Below, piece after piece: positions 1-11,098 of a DNA stretch of 58,321 nt. Positions within the stretch are counted from its first letter, which is position 1. Each line of letters begins with the position of its first letter. The notes under the pieces were generated by a model. It was not told where the DNA came from. It saw only the letters and a list, made by a program, of their open reading frames with translations, and ran no database searches. The translations under genes and the position numbers were made by a program. This stretch comes from an uncultured Candidatus Saccharibacteria bacterium. GTDB lineage: Bacteria > Patescibacteriota > Minisyncoccia > Phycocordibacterales > DATDWN01. The DNA lies in assembly GCA_964596875.1 (NCBI GenBank), contig CAZQVT010000003.1:1-58321 (forward strand), given 5' to 3'.

Positions 1-6
1 GCATAA

Positions 7-47
7 GTAAAAGAAAACACCCTTGATTAAAGGGTGTTTTCTTTTAC
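7..47. terminator. Perfect 18-bp stem-loop, terminator-like in either direction
   Basis: GTAAAAGAAAACACCCTT (7-24) is the exact reverse complement of AAGGGTGTTTTCTTTTAC (30-47). T-rich 3' arm. Lies at the window edge, before GC-rich element copy A. Confidence 0.5.
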
Positions 48-169
48 TTGTTGCGAGGACAGCAAAGCATCAGTTTGCTTTGCGTCAGGACTTGCAGACC
101 GGAGCCATGTCGCCTTGCGACAGGCGAGGTGGGGTCGCAGAAATTTTGTAATCAAAATTATCTGTGACC
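46..169 (+). repeat. GC-rich structured intergenic element, copy A
   Basis: Starts ACTTGTTGCGAGG, close to copy C's ACTTGTGCGAGG. Contains AGACCGGAGCCA and ends in the conserved long hairpin GGTCGCAGAAATTTTG-TAAT-CAAAATTATCTGTGACC (133-169). GC clearly above flanking DNA. Confidence 0.6.
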
Positions 170-184
170 AAGACTATCCGAATT

Positions 185-1627
185 TTAGACTTTTTCTACA
201 ATACCGAACTCCTCAAAAACAGTCATATAGAGACTTACTACCCTTTTGGCTTCCCTGTCGTTTAACTTAAACTCTACTCCATCATGAGCTATCTGGTTTC
301 TCACTCTATGAGCTTCCCAAGCATTATCCAAAGTTAAAAAGTCTGAAGGATCTACAGCTTTTAATTTATCTCCTACTGTTTCACCCGGCAAAGACATTTT
401 TTCAAGCAAGTCATACAACATAATGTCCGCCTCCATAATAGCAAGTCTCCAGTCGCTTTCGTTTGGAGAGTTTAACCCGTCCAAAACTTTTGCCCATCTT
501 GAGTTTATCAAAGGTTTTTCTTCGACTCTTTCTTTTATACCATTTGGATAAAGTCTTTCCCTTTCTTCGGTTCTTAGTTTTACGATTGCTTTATATAAAT
601 AAGTAATCAATCCGGCAAAAAATAATCCGAGCAGAACGAGTAAGTATTTCAAAAAGGTTGCCAAATTTAATACAAAAGTAAGAAATTTTATAAAAAAGTT
701 TGGTTCAACTTCTTCTACATAATTCAAATCGTTTTCAGAAACCCAACCATCCATGCCGTTATCAAACTTTACATGAAAAAATCTAACACCATCTACAACG
801 ATGGGACCCTCGATTATCTCTCCAGCAACTCCACTGTTTACTGTTCCTAAAAGTTCACCCCCTGGTGTCGCATATAGTTTTGTACCATTTTTATTTGTAG
901 AAACACTTCCACCTATCAGAGTCGGCATTTTTGAAAGTGGTGTTCTCTTTCCATCAAGCATACTATCCAGTGCATCTTCACTAACCCAGCCTTCTGTTCC
1001 ATCATCAAAACGAACGTGCCAATATTTTACTCCGTCTTTTACAAGAGGTCCTTCCAAAATAGTTGCTTTACTGCCTGCAGGTACTTTTGTTATCTCACCT
1101 TCACCAGGAGCCGAGTAAACTGCCGTTTCTTTGTTTGTCTCTACTGGCGTGCCAATAAGGCTAGACATTTGAGTCATAGGGGTCAGTTTCTGAGGAAGGT
1201 TCGCAATATCATCTTCTTTCATCCACCCAGTACTGCCATCCTCAAACTTTACCTGCCAATATTTTTCTCCATTTATAGTAACTGGACCACCAACAATAGT
1301 CCCCTTGTCACCAAGTTTTTTTGTACCCAAAACTTTACCACCAGGAGTAGAATAAAAATTTGCTCCATCATTTGTAACTACAAATTTTGATCCTATAGGA
1401 TTAATAAGGGAAGATATTGGTCTTGTGGTAGATAAAACTAGACCTTTCGGTGTAAACGCTTTCCACCCCAATGAAAAGAACTTACTACCACTTACCATCG
1501 ACAAAAAACCATTTACTAACATAGAAATAATCATGAACGCAAAAATTACCGCAAATATTTCTACAAAAGGATCAAATGGTGAAGGAGGCGCTGGTTTTTC
1601 AGCTGCTGGTTTTTTTTCATCTGCCAT
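185..1627 (-). CDS. Two-TM membrane protein: three SH3b-like repeats between the TM segments plus a C-terminal HEPN-like (Rx4H) domain
   Basis: 480-aa ORF. Hydrophobic segments near aa 20-45 and 325-365. Three repeats end in KYWQVKFEDGSTGWMKEDDI / KYWHVRFDDGTEGWVSEDAL / RFFHVKFDNGMDGWVSENDL. C-terminus carries AWEAHRVRNQIAHD. Confidence 0.8.
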   Translation of the reverse strand: MADEKKPAAEKPAPPSPFDPFVEIFAVIFAFMIISMLVNGFLSMVSGSKFFSLGWKAFTPKGLVLSTTRPISSLINPIGSKFVVTNDGANFYSTPGGKVLGTKKLGDKGTIVGGPVTINGEKYWQVKFEDGSTGWMKEDDIANLPQKLTPMTQMSSLIGTPVETNKETAVYSAPGEGEITKVPAGSKATILEGPLVKDGVKYWHVRFDDGTEGWVSEDALDSMLDGKRTPLSKMPTLIGGSVSTNKNGTKLYATPGGELLGTVNSGVAGEIIEGPIVVDGVRFFHVKFDNGMDGWVSENDLNYVEEVEPNFFIKFLTFVLNLATFLKYLLVLLGLFFAGLITYLYKAIVKLRTEERERLYPNGIKERVEEKPLINSRWAKVLDGLNSPNESDWRLAIMEADIMLYDLLEKMSLPGETVGDKLKAVDPSDFLTLDNAWEAHRVRNQIAHDGVEFKLNDREAKRVVSLYMTVFEEFGIVEKV

Positions 1628-1664
1628 ACCCTACATTATACAACAAAAATATTTCGAAACTAGA

Positions 1665-3089
1665 TTACTCGTTTAGAAACTTTTTTGAAATAGAGAAAAG
1701 AATATTTTCTGCATTGTGAGGCGCCATTATTTGTATACCCAAAGGAAGTGTCACTCCATTTTCAACAACATTTCCTGAAGGAATAGATATCGCTGGTATG
1801 CCAACTATGTTTGCTGGAACTGTAAAAATATCTTCTAGATATAGTGCAAGAGGGTCGTTTGCCTTTTCACCTATTTTAAATGCTGGACCAGTTGTAGTTG
1901 GAGTAAGAATTGCATCGACTTCTGAAAAAGCGCTGGCAAAATCTTTTGAAATAGTTTGTCTAACCTGCAAAGCCTTATTATAGTAAGCATCATGATACCC
2001 TGCAGACAATACATATGTTCCAATAAGGATTCTTCTTCTTGTTTCTTTTCCGAAACCAACACCCCTGGTTTTCATGTAGTCTTCTAGCAAGTTATTTCCA
2101 TCTACATGCAAACCAAACCTAACACCATCAAAGCGAGCCAGGTTAGACGAAGCCTCAGCCGGCATAATAATATAATAGACTGCCAAAGAATATTCTATAT
2201 TTGGAAGTTTTATATCTTTGATTTCATAACCTAGACTCTCTAGTTTTTTTACAGAATCATCAAAAACTTTTCTGGCCTCTGGCTTCATACCTCCTTTTTC
2301 TAAAATGTGATACGGCACACCTATTACCATTTTATTTTTTACTTCCTTTTTAGGATAAGTTGTTTCGTCAATTGTTGTACTGTCCATTTTATCCTCACCA
2401 GAAATTACATTAAATAGTATTTCAGAATCAGTAGCTGTTTTTGTTATAGGTCCAATAACATCAAGAGAAGACCCTAGAGCCATAAGTCCATATCTTGAAA
2501 CACTTCCATATGTAGGTTTCAGTCCAACAAGCCCACAAAAAGATGCTGGCTCTCTAACACTTCCACCAGTATCTGAACCTAGCGCCGCCAAGGCCCCATC
2601 CATTGCAACAGATGCAACCGAACCTCCAGATGAACCTCCAGAAACTCTGGTTAAATCTTTCGGGTTTTTTGTAACTCCATAGGCTGAGTTTTCTGTAGAA
2701 CTACCCATAGCAAACTCGTCCATGTTTACTCTACCCAGAAAAACTGCACCAGCATTTTTCAATTTTTCTATAACTGTTGCATCATAAACCGCGGTAAATC
2801 CTTCCAGTATTTTTGATCCAGATGTTGCCTTTTTACCTTTTATTAAAATATTGTCTTTTATTGCAAGTGGAATTCCCAAAAGTGGTGCGGTTTCGCCTTT
2901 TGCAATTTTTTTATCTGCTTCATCTGCCTGGATCAAAACGTCCTCGTAAACTTCCAAGTATGCGTTTACATCCGAGTTCACTTCTTTTATTTTGTTTAAA
3001 TAGACTTCAGCCAGTTCCCTAGCAGAAAAAACTTTTTTATCCAAAGACTCTCTCGCTTCCTTTATTGTAAGTTTAGAAATATCGATCAT
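1665..3089 (-). CDS. gatA: Glutamyl/aspartyl-tRNA amidotransferase subunit A
   Basis: 474 aa. Amidase signature GGSSGGS with surrounding GatA-like sequence. Immediately downstream of gatC. Confidence 0.95.
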   Translation of the reverse strand: MIDISKLTIKEARESLDKKVFSARELAEVYLNKIKEVNSDVNAYLEVYEDVLIQADEADKKIAKGETAPLLGIPLAIKDNILIKGKKATSGSKILEGFTAVYDATVIEKLKNAGAVFLGRVNMDEFAMGSSTENSAYGVTKNPKDLTRVSGGSSGGSVASVAMDGALAALGSDTGGSVREPASFCGLVGLKPTYGSVSRYGLMALGSSLDVIGPITKTATDSEILFNVISGEDKMDSTTIDETTYPKKEVKNKMVIGVPYHILEKGGMKPEARKVFDDSVKKLESLGYEIKDIKLPNIEYSLAVYYIIMPAEASSNLARFDGVRFGLHVDGNNLLEDYMKTRGVGFGKETRRRILIGTYVLSAGYHDAYYNKALQVRQTISKDFASAFSEVDAILTPTTTGPAFKIGEKANDPLALYLEDIFTVPANIVGIPAISIPSGNVVENGVTLPLGIQIMAPHNAENILFSISKKFLNE

Positions 3090-3093
3090 AAAT

Positions 3094-3372
3094 TTATAGG
3101 ATTTTTTTAACCCTTAAGAAATTACCTTCTCTACCAGGTGCGTTATTCAAAATATCTTCTGTATACTCGTTATCTTCGTTTGTAGGAGCATCTTCTCTTA
3201 GAACATTTTTTAGAACTGGCTTATTTAAAACTTCCCCAGAAGAAACCTCCTGAATCTGTCCTATATACGCCAAAATAGAGTCGAGTTCTTTGGTTAGACT
3301 TTCTGCTTCCCCGTCTGTTATTTCTATTCTTGCCAAATTTGCCAGGTTCTTAATTTCTTCTTTATTAACCAT
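3094..3372 (-). CDS. gatC: Glutamyl/aspartyl-tRNA amidotransferase subunit C
   Basis: 92 aa. N-terminus IKNLANLARIEITDGEAESL...LDSILAYIGQIQEV is typical GatC. 4-nt gap to gatA. Confidence 0.9.
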   Translation of the reverse strand: MVNKEEIKNLANLARIEITDGEAESLTKELDSILAYIGQIQEVSSGEVLNKPVLKNVLREDAPTNEDNEYTEDILNNAPGREGNFLRVKKIL

Positions 3373-3419
3373 ATATTTCTATGTATTTATATTGGGATAA
3401 TAGCAGATTTGCACCAATA

Positions 3420-5911
<2,492 letters not shown>

Positions 5912-5912
5912 A

Positions 5913-6503
5913 TTACTGAAGACGATTAAACAAGCTTTCTGAAATCTGGAAGGTCTTTGATAGTACACCCTGTGTCCAGTATATAGTAATTGTGACCCTC
6001 ACTTCTTCGTTTGCAACAATACTCTGAATCGAGATCGATCTTCTAAAACCTGAATCCGTCCAACCGTTTGTGTAACCATACAAACCTTTTGTTGCACTAT
6101 TCGTAACAGTATCTTGCAACAAGTTCCTACAGTTTGCACCATCTACCGCACAATCAGTTACGGTATTTGCACCAGAATCTATTCTACAAGTTTTTCCCGT
6201 ACCACAAGGACCACTTCCTGCCCCACCTGAAGACGTAACTATTCCGTCCAACCAAGTATTCGGACTCGGACTCACAGTATTTATATATGCTAAACCATTT
6301 TCATCTCTCTTATTTTTTATAAACTCCATTGCATCCTGTGTAAGATAAAACGCTACCATCTGGTTTTTAGCAGTTATTGATGATTTCAAACTGTTTTGCA
6401 CAGCAGTGAAACCGGCCAAAATAGAAAGCGACAAAATACTTACAGCAACAAGTGTCTCTACAAGAGTAAAACCTATTTTTTTGTTTTGGTTTTTATGATT
6501 CAT
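5913..6503 (-). CDS. Minor pilin (prepilin-type N-terminal cleavage/methylation domain)
   Basis: N-terminus NKKIG/FTLVETLVAVSILS (G-1, F+1, E+5). 196 aa. Confidence 0.75.
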   Translation of the reverse strand: MNHKNQNKKIGFTLVETLVAVSILSLSILAGFTAVQNSLKSSITAKNQMVAFYLTQDAMEFIKNKRDENGLAYINTVSPSPNTWLDGIVTSSGGAGSGPCGTGKTCRIDSGANTVTDCAVDGANCRNLLQDTVTNSATKGLYGYTNGWTDSGFRRSISIQSIVANEEVRVTITIYWTQGVLSKTFQISESLFNRLQ

Positions 6504-6505
6504 GG

Positions 6506-7078
6506 CTATTTTGTATCAAACTGTCTTTGAGATACCGTTGTCTGCAAAACAAAATTTGTCCTACTTGTTGCTTTTGTTCCAGCATATCCATCAATAACAA
6601 TTATCACTTTTGGCTGTGATAAGTCGAATGTACCAAGAGATGGTTCATATGGTGTGGATCCTAAAACACGAAATGTAACAGTTGATATATTTACATCAGT
6701 TCCAGTAACAAATATATCTGAGCCACCATTTACTGTTCTAGCTATCCTAGAACCAACCAATTTATATATTACTCTGTTGCCATTAAAGTCTGTTATCGCA
6801 ATAGATGATGCTCCGGAAGCACAATCTCTAGGTGATGTTGAAACACCCGCAGTAATATCACAATGATAATCCTTTCCAAAACGAATCGTTCTCGTCATGG
6901 CTTCCAATGATAGATTTAGATTATCCATCACAGAACGCATTGATTGAGACTTTCTATTTGAATCAAATACAGTGTATATGGAACTACTAACCATAAGCAT
7001 AATTACTGAAAAAATTGAAATCGAAACCATTATTTCAATTAAAGTAAAACCCTTTGTGCTTTTTTTACCATTCAGCAT
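6506..7078 (-). CDS. Minor pilin (prepilin-type N-terminus)
   Basis: N-terminus STKG/FTLIEIMVSISIFS. 190 aa. Confidence 0.75.
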   Translation of the reverse strand: MLNGKKSTKGFTLIEIMVSISIFSVIMLMVSSSIYTVFDSNRKSQSMRSVMDNLNLSLEAMTRTIRFGKDYHCDITAGVSTSPRDCASGASSIAITDFNGNRVIYKLVGSRIARTVNGGSDIFVTGTDVNISTVTFRVLGSTPYEPSLGTFDLSQPKVIIVIDGYAGTKATSRTNFVLQTTVSQRQFDTK

Positions 7079-7082
7079 GAAT

Positions 7083-7661
7083 TTATTGTATAGTTACCTG
7101 TCCAGTTACTTCAATATTAACATAAACACTCTTGTTTTTTGGCGAACTTAATTGAATCCTCGCCGAGTTAACAGTTCCGTAAGTATTTGTGCCACTGCTA
7201 TTTGTAAAATACATCCTAGCATCAGGACTTGGGCGCAAAAAAGTAATATTTACACCGGTCGCGCCCGATGGTACTGGCAAAGCTGGAGGACAAATAGTAG
7301 AATCACACACTCCTGAAATTATAACTCCGTTTCTTAATATTACTTGTTCTACAGACTCACCACTGTCATAAGCGTTATTATTATTCAAATCAACAAATAT
7401 ACGATAACTATTTGGCACACTACTATTTAAATAAATGCCATAAGCTGAACTAAATGTCCCACTGTTTACAGCAGTCTCTTTTACATTTATTCCGTAAGTT
7501 TGTGCTTGTCTAATAGCAATAGCCATCTCTTGTGCAGCACCAGATACCGCAAGATTGTCATTAAAACCTGTATAATTCCAAAAAACTACAGATAAAATAA
7601 CGCTAATTATAGAAACTGATACCAACAACTCTAATACTGTAAATGCTTTATTATGTTTCAT
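7083..7661 (-). CDS. Minor pilin (prepilin-type N-terminus, Ala at -1; FimT/GspH-like size)
   Basis: N-terminus HNKA/FTVLELLVSVSIISV. 192 aa. Confidence 0.7.
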   Translation of the reverse strand: MKHNKAFTVLELLVSVSIISVILSVVFWNYTGFNDNLAVSGAAQEMAIAIRQAQTYGINVKETAVNSGTFSSAYGIYLNSSVPNSYRIFVDLNNNNAYDSGESVEQVILRNGVIISGVCDSTICPPALPVPSGATGVNITFLRPSPDARMYFTNSSGTNTYGTVNSARIQLSSPKNKSVYVNIEVTGQVTIQ

Positions 7662-7664
7662 ATT

Positions 7665-8510
7665 TTAACTACCCAAAAAACTAGATATGTTCATTATGTC
7701 TACTCTACTAAGAAAAACTATAATCGTCCCTGCAATTAAAAATGGTGCAAAAGGCAATTCGGAACTCATGCCTATATTCTGTCCTCGCTTTAACACCTTG
7801 TAGTTTATTAAAAGTAAAATACTCCAAAGTGCTCCCATCCAAAAGCCCAAAACCACAGAACCCAAACCGTATGAAAAGCCAAGCAGAGCACCGATGCCAA
7901 AGGCAAGCTTAGCATCACCAAAACCCATCCATCTTCCGCTTGAAACTACCCACAAAAAAGCGAAAGGTAGAAATAGAAGCACTGGAGATAACAAATCAAA
8001 CCAATCTTCTTTTCCCAATTGAGGATATTTTAAATACATGAAGAACAATAATTTTAAAAGTCCGAGAAATATAAAAGTGTACACAAATGCATTTGGGATA
8101 ATTTTATGTCTGTAGTCATAAATAGTGATAACGATAAGTATACTGAAGACTACACAATAATATATTCCAAGTACCCAGGAAAATATTAAGCCATTTTGCA
8201 TACTACTAAAAACATTCCAAAGGTAGATTTGTCTTAAAACAACACCAACGAAAACAAAACCAGTAGTAATCTCCACCAATGGATACTGCCAAGATATTTT
8301 GCTCTTACATACGCGACATCTACCTTTCAGAAAAAGAAAACTAAAGACTGGCACTAGGTCGTACCATTTTAGAGGAGTGTCACAGTTAAAGCATTTTGAC
8401 CTACCAGATGAAACTGAAAGCCCACTGTTGTATCTCAAACCCAGCACATTAAGAAAACTGCCTATTAATGTTCCCAGAACAAACACTAGAATAAAAAATA
8501 ATAGGTTCAT
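7665..8510 (-). CDS. pilD: Prepilin peptidase (A24 family)
   Basis: 281 aa polytopic membrane protein. CxxC...CxxC (CFNCDTPL...CRVCKSK) and the GFGDAKL aspartyl motif. Confidence 0.9.
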   Translation of the reverse strand: MNLLFFILVFVLGTLIGSFLNVLGLRYNSGLSVSSGRSKCFNCDTPLKWYDLVPVFSFLFLKGRCRVCKSKISWQYPLVEITTGFVFVGVVLRQIYLWNVFSSMQNGLIFSWVLGIYYCVVFSILIVITIYDYRHKIIPNAFVYTFIFLGLLKLLFFMYLKYPQLGKEDWFDLLSPVLLFLPFAFLWVVSSGRWMGFGDAKLAFGIGALLGFSYGLGSVVLGFWMGALWSILLLINYKVLKRGQNIGMSSELPFAPFLIAGTIIVFLSRVDIMNISSFLGS

Positions 8511-8545
8511 ATTTTATCTCAATTTCAAAAAATCAATTTTGGACC

Positions 8546-9010
8546 TTAACTACAGTTGTATGGATTTGCAGTCTGACAAACCCACAAACCTCCAGACTGT
8601 CCTGAAGGTGCTACATCACAAGTTCTTGTAGCAGCTGTATAGTCTACGCACCAATATCTACCGTCACTCAACTGAGCCCATGCTTTCCATCCTGCCTGCC
8701 CACTTCCGCCACAGTTACCTGTCGTTCTGTTTTTTGTTGCTGAAACCACCATAGCGTCAATATTTGCATTTGGAGTTTGGTTAGTACAAATACCTGTCCA
8801 TGACCCACCAGTTACAATATCATAGTATATCTGTGCAATCGGTATTATTGCATTCAATTGAGATTTCGTCTTTGCGTCTTGTGCTTTTACACTAGAATTC
8901 CTCAAAGATGCCAGGACTACAGAAGAAAGAACACCTATGATTGCAATAACAACTAGCAACTCGATAAGTGTAAAACCTCTACCAAAAATATTCCCCGAAT
9001 TTTTAATCAT
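8546..9010 (-). CDS. Type IV pilin (paralogue 2)
   Basis: GRG/FTLIELLVVIAIIGVLSSVVLASL. C-terminal Cys pairs form a disulfide-bonded D-region-like tail. 154 aa. Confidence 0.85.
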   Translation of the reverse strand: MIKNSGNIFGRGFTLIELLVVIAIIGVLSSVVLASLRNSSVKAQDAKTKSQLNAIIPIAQIYYDIVTGGSWTGICTNQTPNANIDAMVVSATKNRTTGNCGGSGQAGWKAWAQLSDGRYWCVDYTAATRTCDVAPSGQSGGLWVCQTANPYNCS

Positions 9011-9086
9011 AAGTAATTGTAATAATAATAACTAAGTATATTATAGTCTATTTTAAATATATTTCACCCTAGATATGTTGATATCG

Positions 9087-9119
9087 TGGTTTTTCTTTTG
9101 TTACAAAAGAAAAACCACC
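9087..9119 (-). terminator. Perfect 15-bp A/U-rich stem-loop downstream of the first pilin gene (possible attenuator)
   Basis: GTGGTTTTTCTTTTG-TTA-CAAAAGAAAAACCAC. No clean U-tract follows on either strand, so terminator function is uncertain. Confidence 0.35.
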
Positions 9120-9157
9120 CAAAGGGTAGTTTTTCAAGAAGAAATTTAGGTTAGTGA

Positions 9158-9610
9158 CTATCCGCAAGTTACGTCTGTAGTTGCACTAAGTGCATTGGCA
9201 GTTGTAGTTGCAGTACCTGTACTATCTACACAGTAACCAACTGATGAAACAGTTTTAAGAGGAGCCATGATCGCCCAACCAGCCGCAGTATCGTTACATG
9301 TTACAGTTGTAGAAGTCCATATAGCGTCATTACCGATTGTTGCAGATGCACCTGCTGCTGCAGCAGCTGCAGCTGTAGCCTTTGCAATATTACCATCAGC
9401 ACAAACGTTAGCGTATGTACCACTATCATTATCGTATCTCAACTCAGCTTGTGCTCTTGTACCGTTTAGGTTTGATTTGATTGCTGCATCAGCACCTTTT
9501 GATCTAGCAGTGTTTAGAGAAGCCAATACAACTGATGACAATATACCGATAATCGCGATAACAACTAGCAACTCGATAAGTGTAAAACCTCTTTTAAGAC
9601 TATTTTTCAT
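9158..9610 (-). CDS. pilA: Type IV pilin (probable major pilin, paralogue 1)
   Basis: KRG/FTLIELLVVIAIIGILSSVVLASLNTARSKG. Internal poly-Ala and Cys pairs. 150 aa. Preceded by a 274-nt non-coding gap, suggesting its own promoter. Confidence 0.85.
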   Translation of the reverse strand: MKNSLKRGFTLIELLVVIAIIGILSSVVLASLNTARSKGADAAIKSNLNGTRAQAELRYDNDSGTYANVCADGNIAKATAAAAAAAGASATIGNDAIWTSTTVTCNDTAAGWAIMAPLKTVSSVGYCVDSTGTATTTANALSATTDVTCG

Positions 9611-9800
9611 ATTTAAATTAATTAATATTATTTTACTAAATTCTTATAATGTAATTTTATTGTTTTCGACCACCCGGTCTCTTGTCGAGACTTCCCCGTT
9701 TTATCTAAACGAATAAGTATATTATACAACTCTATTTAGACTATTAAAGTGGGGCTGTGGATAATAACTTGTACAATTTGTGCGGAATTCGATGTTGAGA

Positions 9801-9851
9801 GTTAGAAATATGAGAAACCTTACTTATAGTAAGGTGACGATTATTTCTAAC
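9801..9851. other. Compound inverted repeat between pilC and the pilin gene
   Basis: GTTAGAAATA (9801-9810) pairs with TATTTCTAAC (9842-9851). Inner CCTTACT-TAT-AGTAAGG. No U-tract. Confidence 0.3.
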
Positions 9852-9884
9852 TCGAGAACGAGAAGTTCGCCAAATTTAAAAGTT

Positions 9885-11093
9885 TTACCCTGCTGAAGCG
9901 ATGTTATAGATTGGCATCAGAACCGCAGCAAGTAGGAATCCAACCCCCAAACCAAGTGCTACGATCATTACAGGCTCAATAAGACCGACTAGAGTATCTA
10001 CAGCACCTGTAACTTCACGTTGATAGAACTTTGATAGAGATTTTAAAATATTACCAAGTTCTCCTGTTTCTTCTCCAACTTTGATCATTTGAGTTAATAA
10101 GGGTGGGATTTCTTTACCATGTTCTGAAAATGCGTCGGAAAGTGGTGTACCCTCTTTTACTCTTGCTAGTGCAGTTACAAGAATAGACTGATAAATTCTG
10201 TTATCCACGACGGCAGATGTTATTTCCAAAGCCTTGAGGATTGGGATACCACTAATTATCATGGTATTTAAGTTGTCAGATATTCTAGACAAGTATAGTT
10301 TTCTATACAAACTTCCAATGTATGGCAAATCCAATTTTAACCTGTCTATGTACAACTTGCCTTCTTCTGTAACTGCAAACCTCCATGCCAAATAAACTGC
10401 TACAACAGTAACAAAGGCAATGATTATTATGTGGTTTACAAAAAGGTCACTCACCCACAATACTATTTTCGTATATATTGGAACATCTTGACCTGAATCC
10501 TTAATCATTAACGCGATTTTTGGAATAATCACAGTAAACATCAACACCATCACTCCCATAAAAGTAAGAATAATAAATGCAGGATAAATCAAAGCATTTT
10601 TTGCCTTTGATGTTACTTCATAAGTTCTATCCATGTAGTCAGCAAGGTAGTTGAAAATTTCATCTAATTTACCTGACTCTTCTCCAGACTTAACCATGTT
10701 TACATAAAAATCAGAGAATGCATCTGGATATTTTGCGATTGCGTTTGAAATGGAACTTCCACCCTGAATATCTTCCGAGATTGTTATAAGATATTTCTTT
10801 AAATTTATATTTTCAACCTGATCACTAAGCAGTCTAAAGACTCTCAATGCTGAAACTTGTGCTTGAAAAAGTGTAGCAATCTGTCTAGATAGAATAACGA
10901 TATCCTTGTTGGATATTTTATTGAAAAAAGAAAAAAGTGGAACTTTTAACTTTTTATCTTCCTCTGAAGTTATAGAAGAAATAATGAGCCCACTCTTTTG
11001 GAGTTGATTTATTGCAATATCAGCATTAAAAGCCTCGATAGTTCCGAATCTTTGCTCTCCAGTATTTGTTATGGCTTTATATTTATAAATCAT
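9885..11093 (-). CDS. pilC: Type IV pilus platform protein (GspF/PilC family)
   Basis: 402 aa. Duplicated T2SF domain architecture with three hydrophobic blocks. Position between pilT and the pilin. Confidence 0.9.
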   Translation of the reverse strand: MIYKYKAITNTGEQRFGTIEAFNADIAINQLQKSGLIISSITSEEDKKLKVPLFSFFNKISNKDIVILSRQIATLFQAQVSALRVFRLLSDQVENINLKKYLITISEDIQGGSSISNAIAKYPDAFSDFYVNMVKSGEESGKLDEIFNYLADYMDRTYEVTSKAKNALIYPAFIILTFMGVMVLMFTVIIPKIALMIKDSGQDVPIYTKIVLWVSDLFVNHIIIIAFVTVVAVYLAWRFAVTEEGKLYIDRLKLDLPYIGSLYRKLYLSRISDNLNTMIISGIPILKALEITSAVVDNRIYQSILVTALARVKEGTPLSDAFSEHGKEIPPLLTQMIKVGEETGELGNILKSLSKFYQREVTGAVDTLVGLIEPVMIVALGLGVGFLLAAVLMPIYNIASAG

Positions 11094-11098
11094 ATCTT

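Noticed and set aside
34-270. 78-aa plus-strand ORF at the window start
   Set aside because: It spans the GC-rich repeat copy A and then runs antisense into the 3' end of the 185-1627 gene. There is no RBS and its sequence is Cys/Arg-rich and low-complexity. It is best explained as a by-product of GC-rich non-coding DNA.
9351-9378. GCN-rich tract (poly-Ala) in the pilin gene as a phase-variable simple-sequence repeat
   Set aside because: The codons alternate GCT, GCA and GCC rather than forming a perfect repeat, so slipped-strand variation is unlikely. Any in-frame variation would only change the Ala number.
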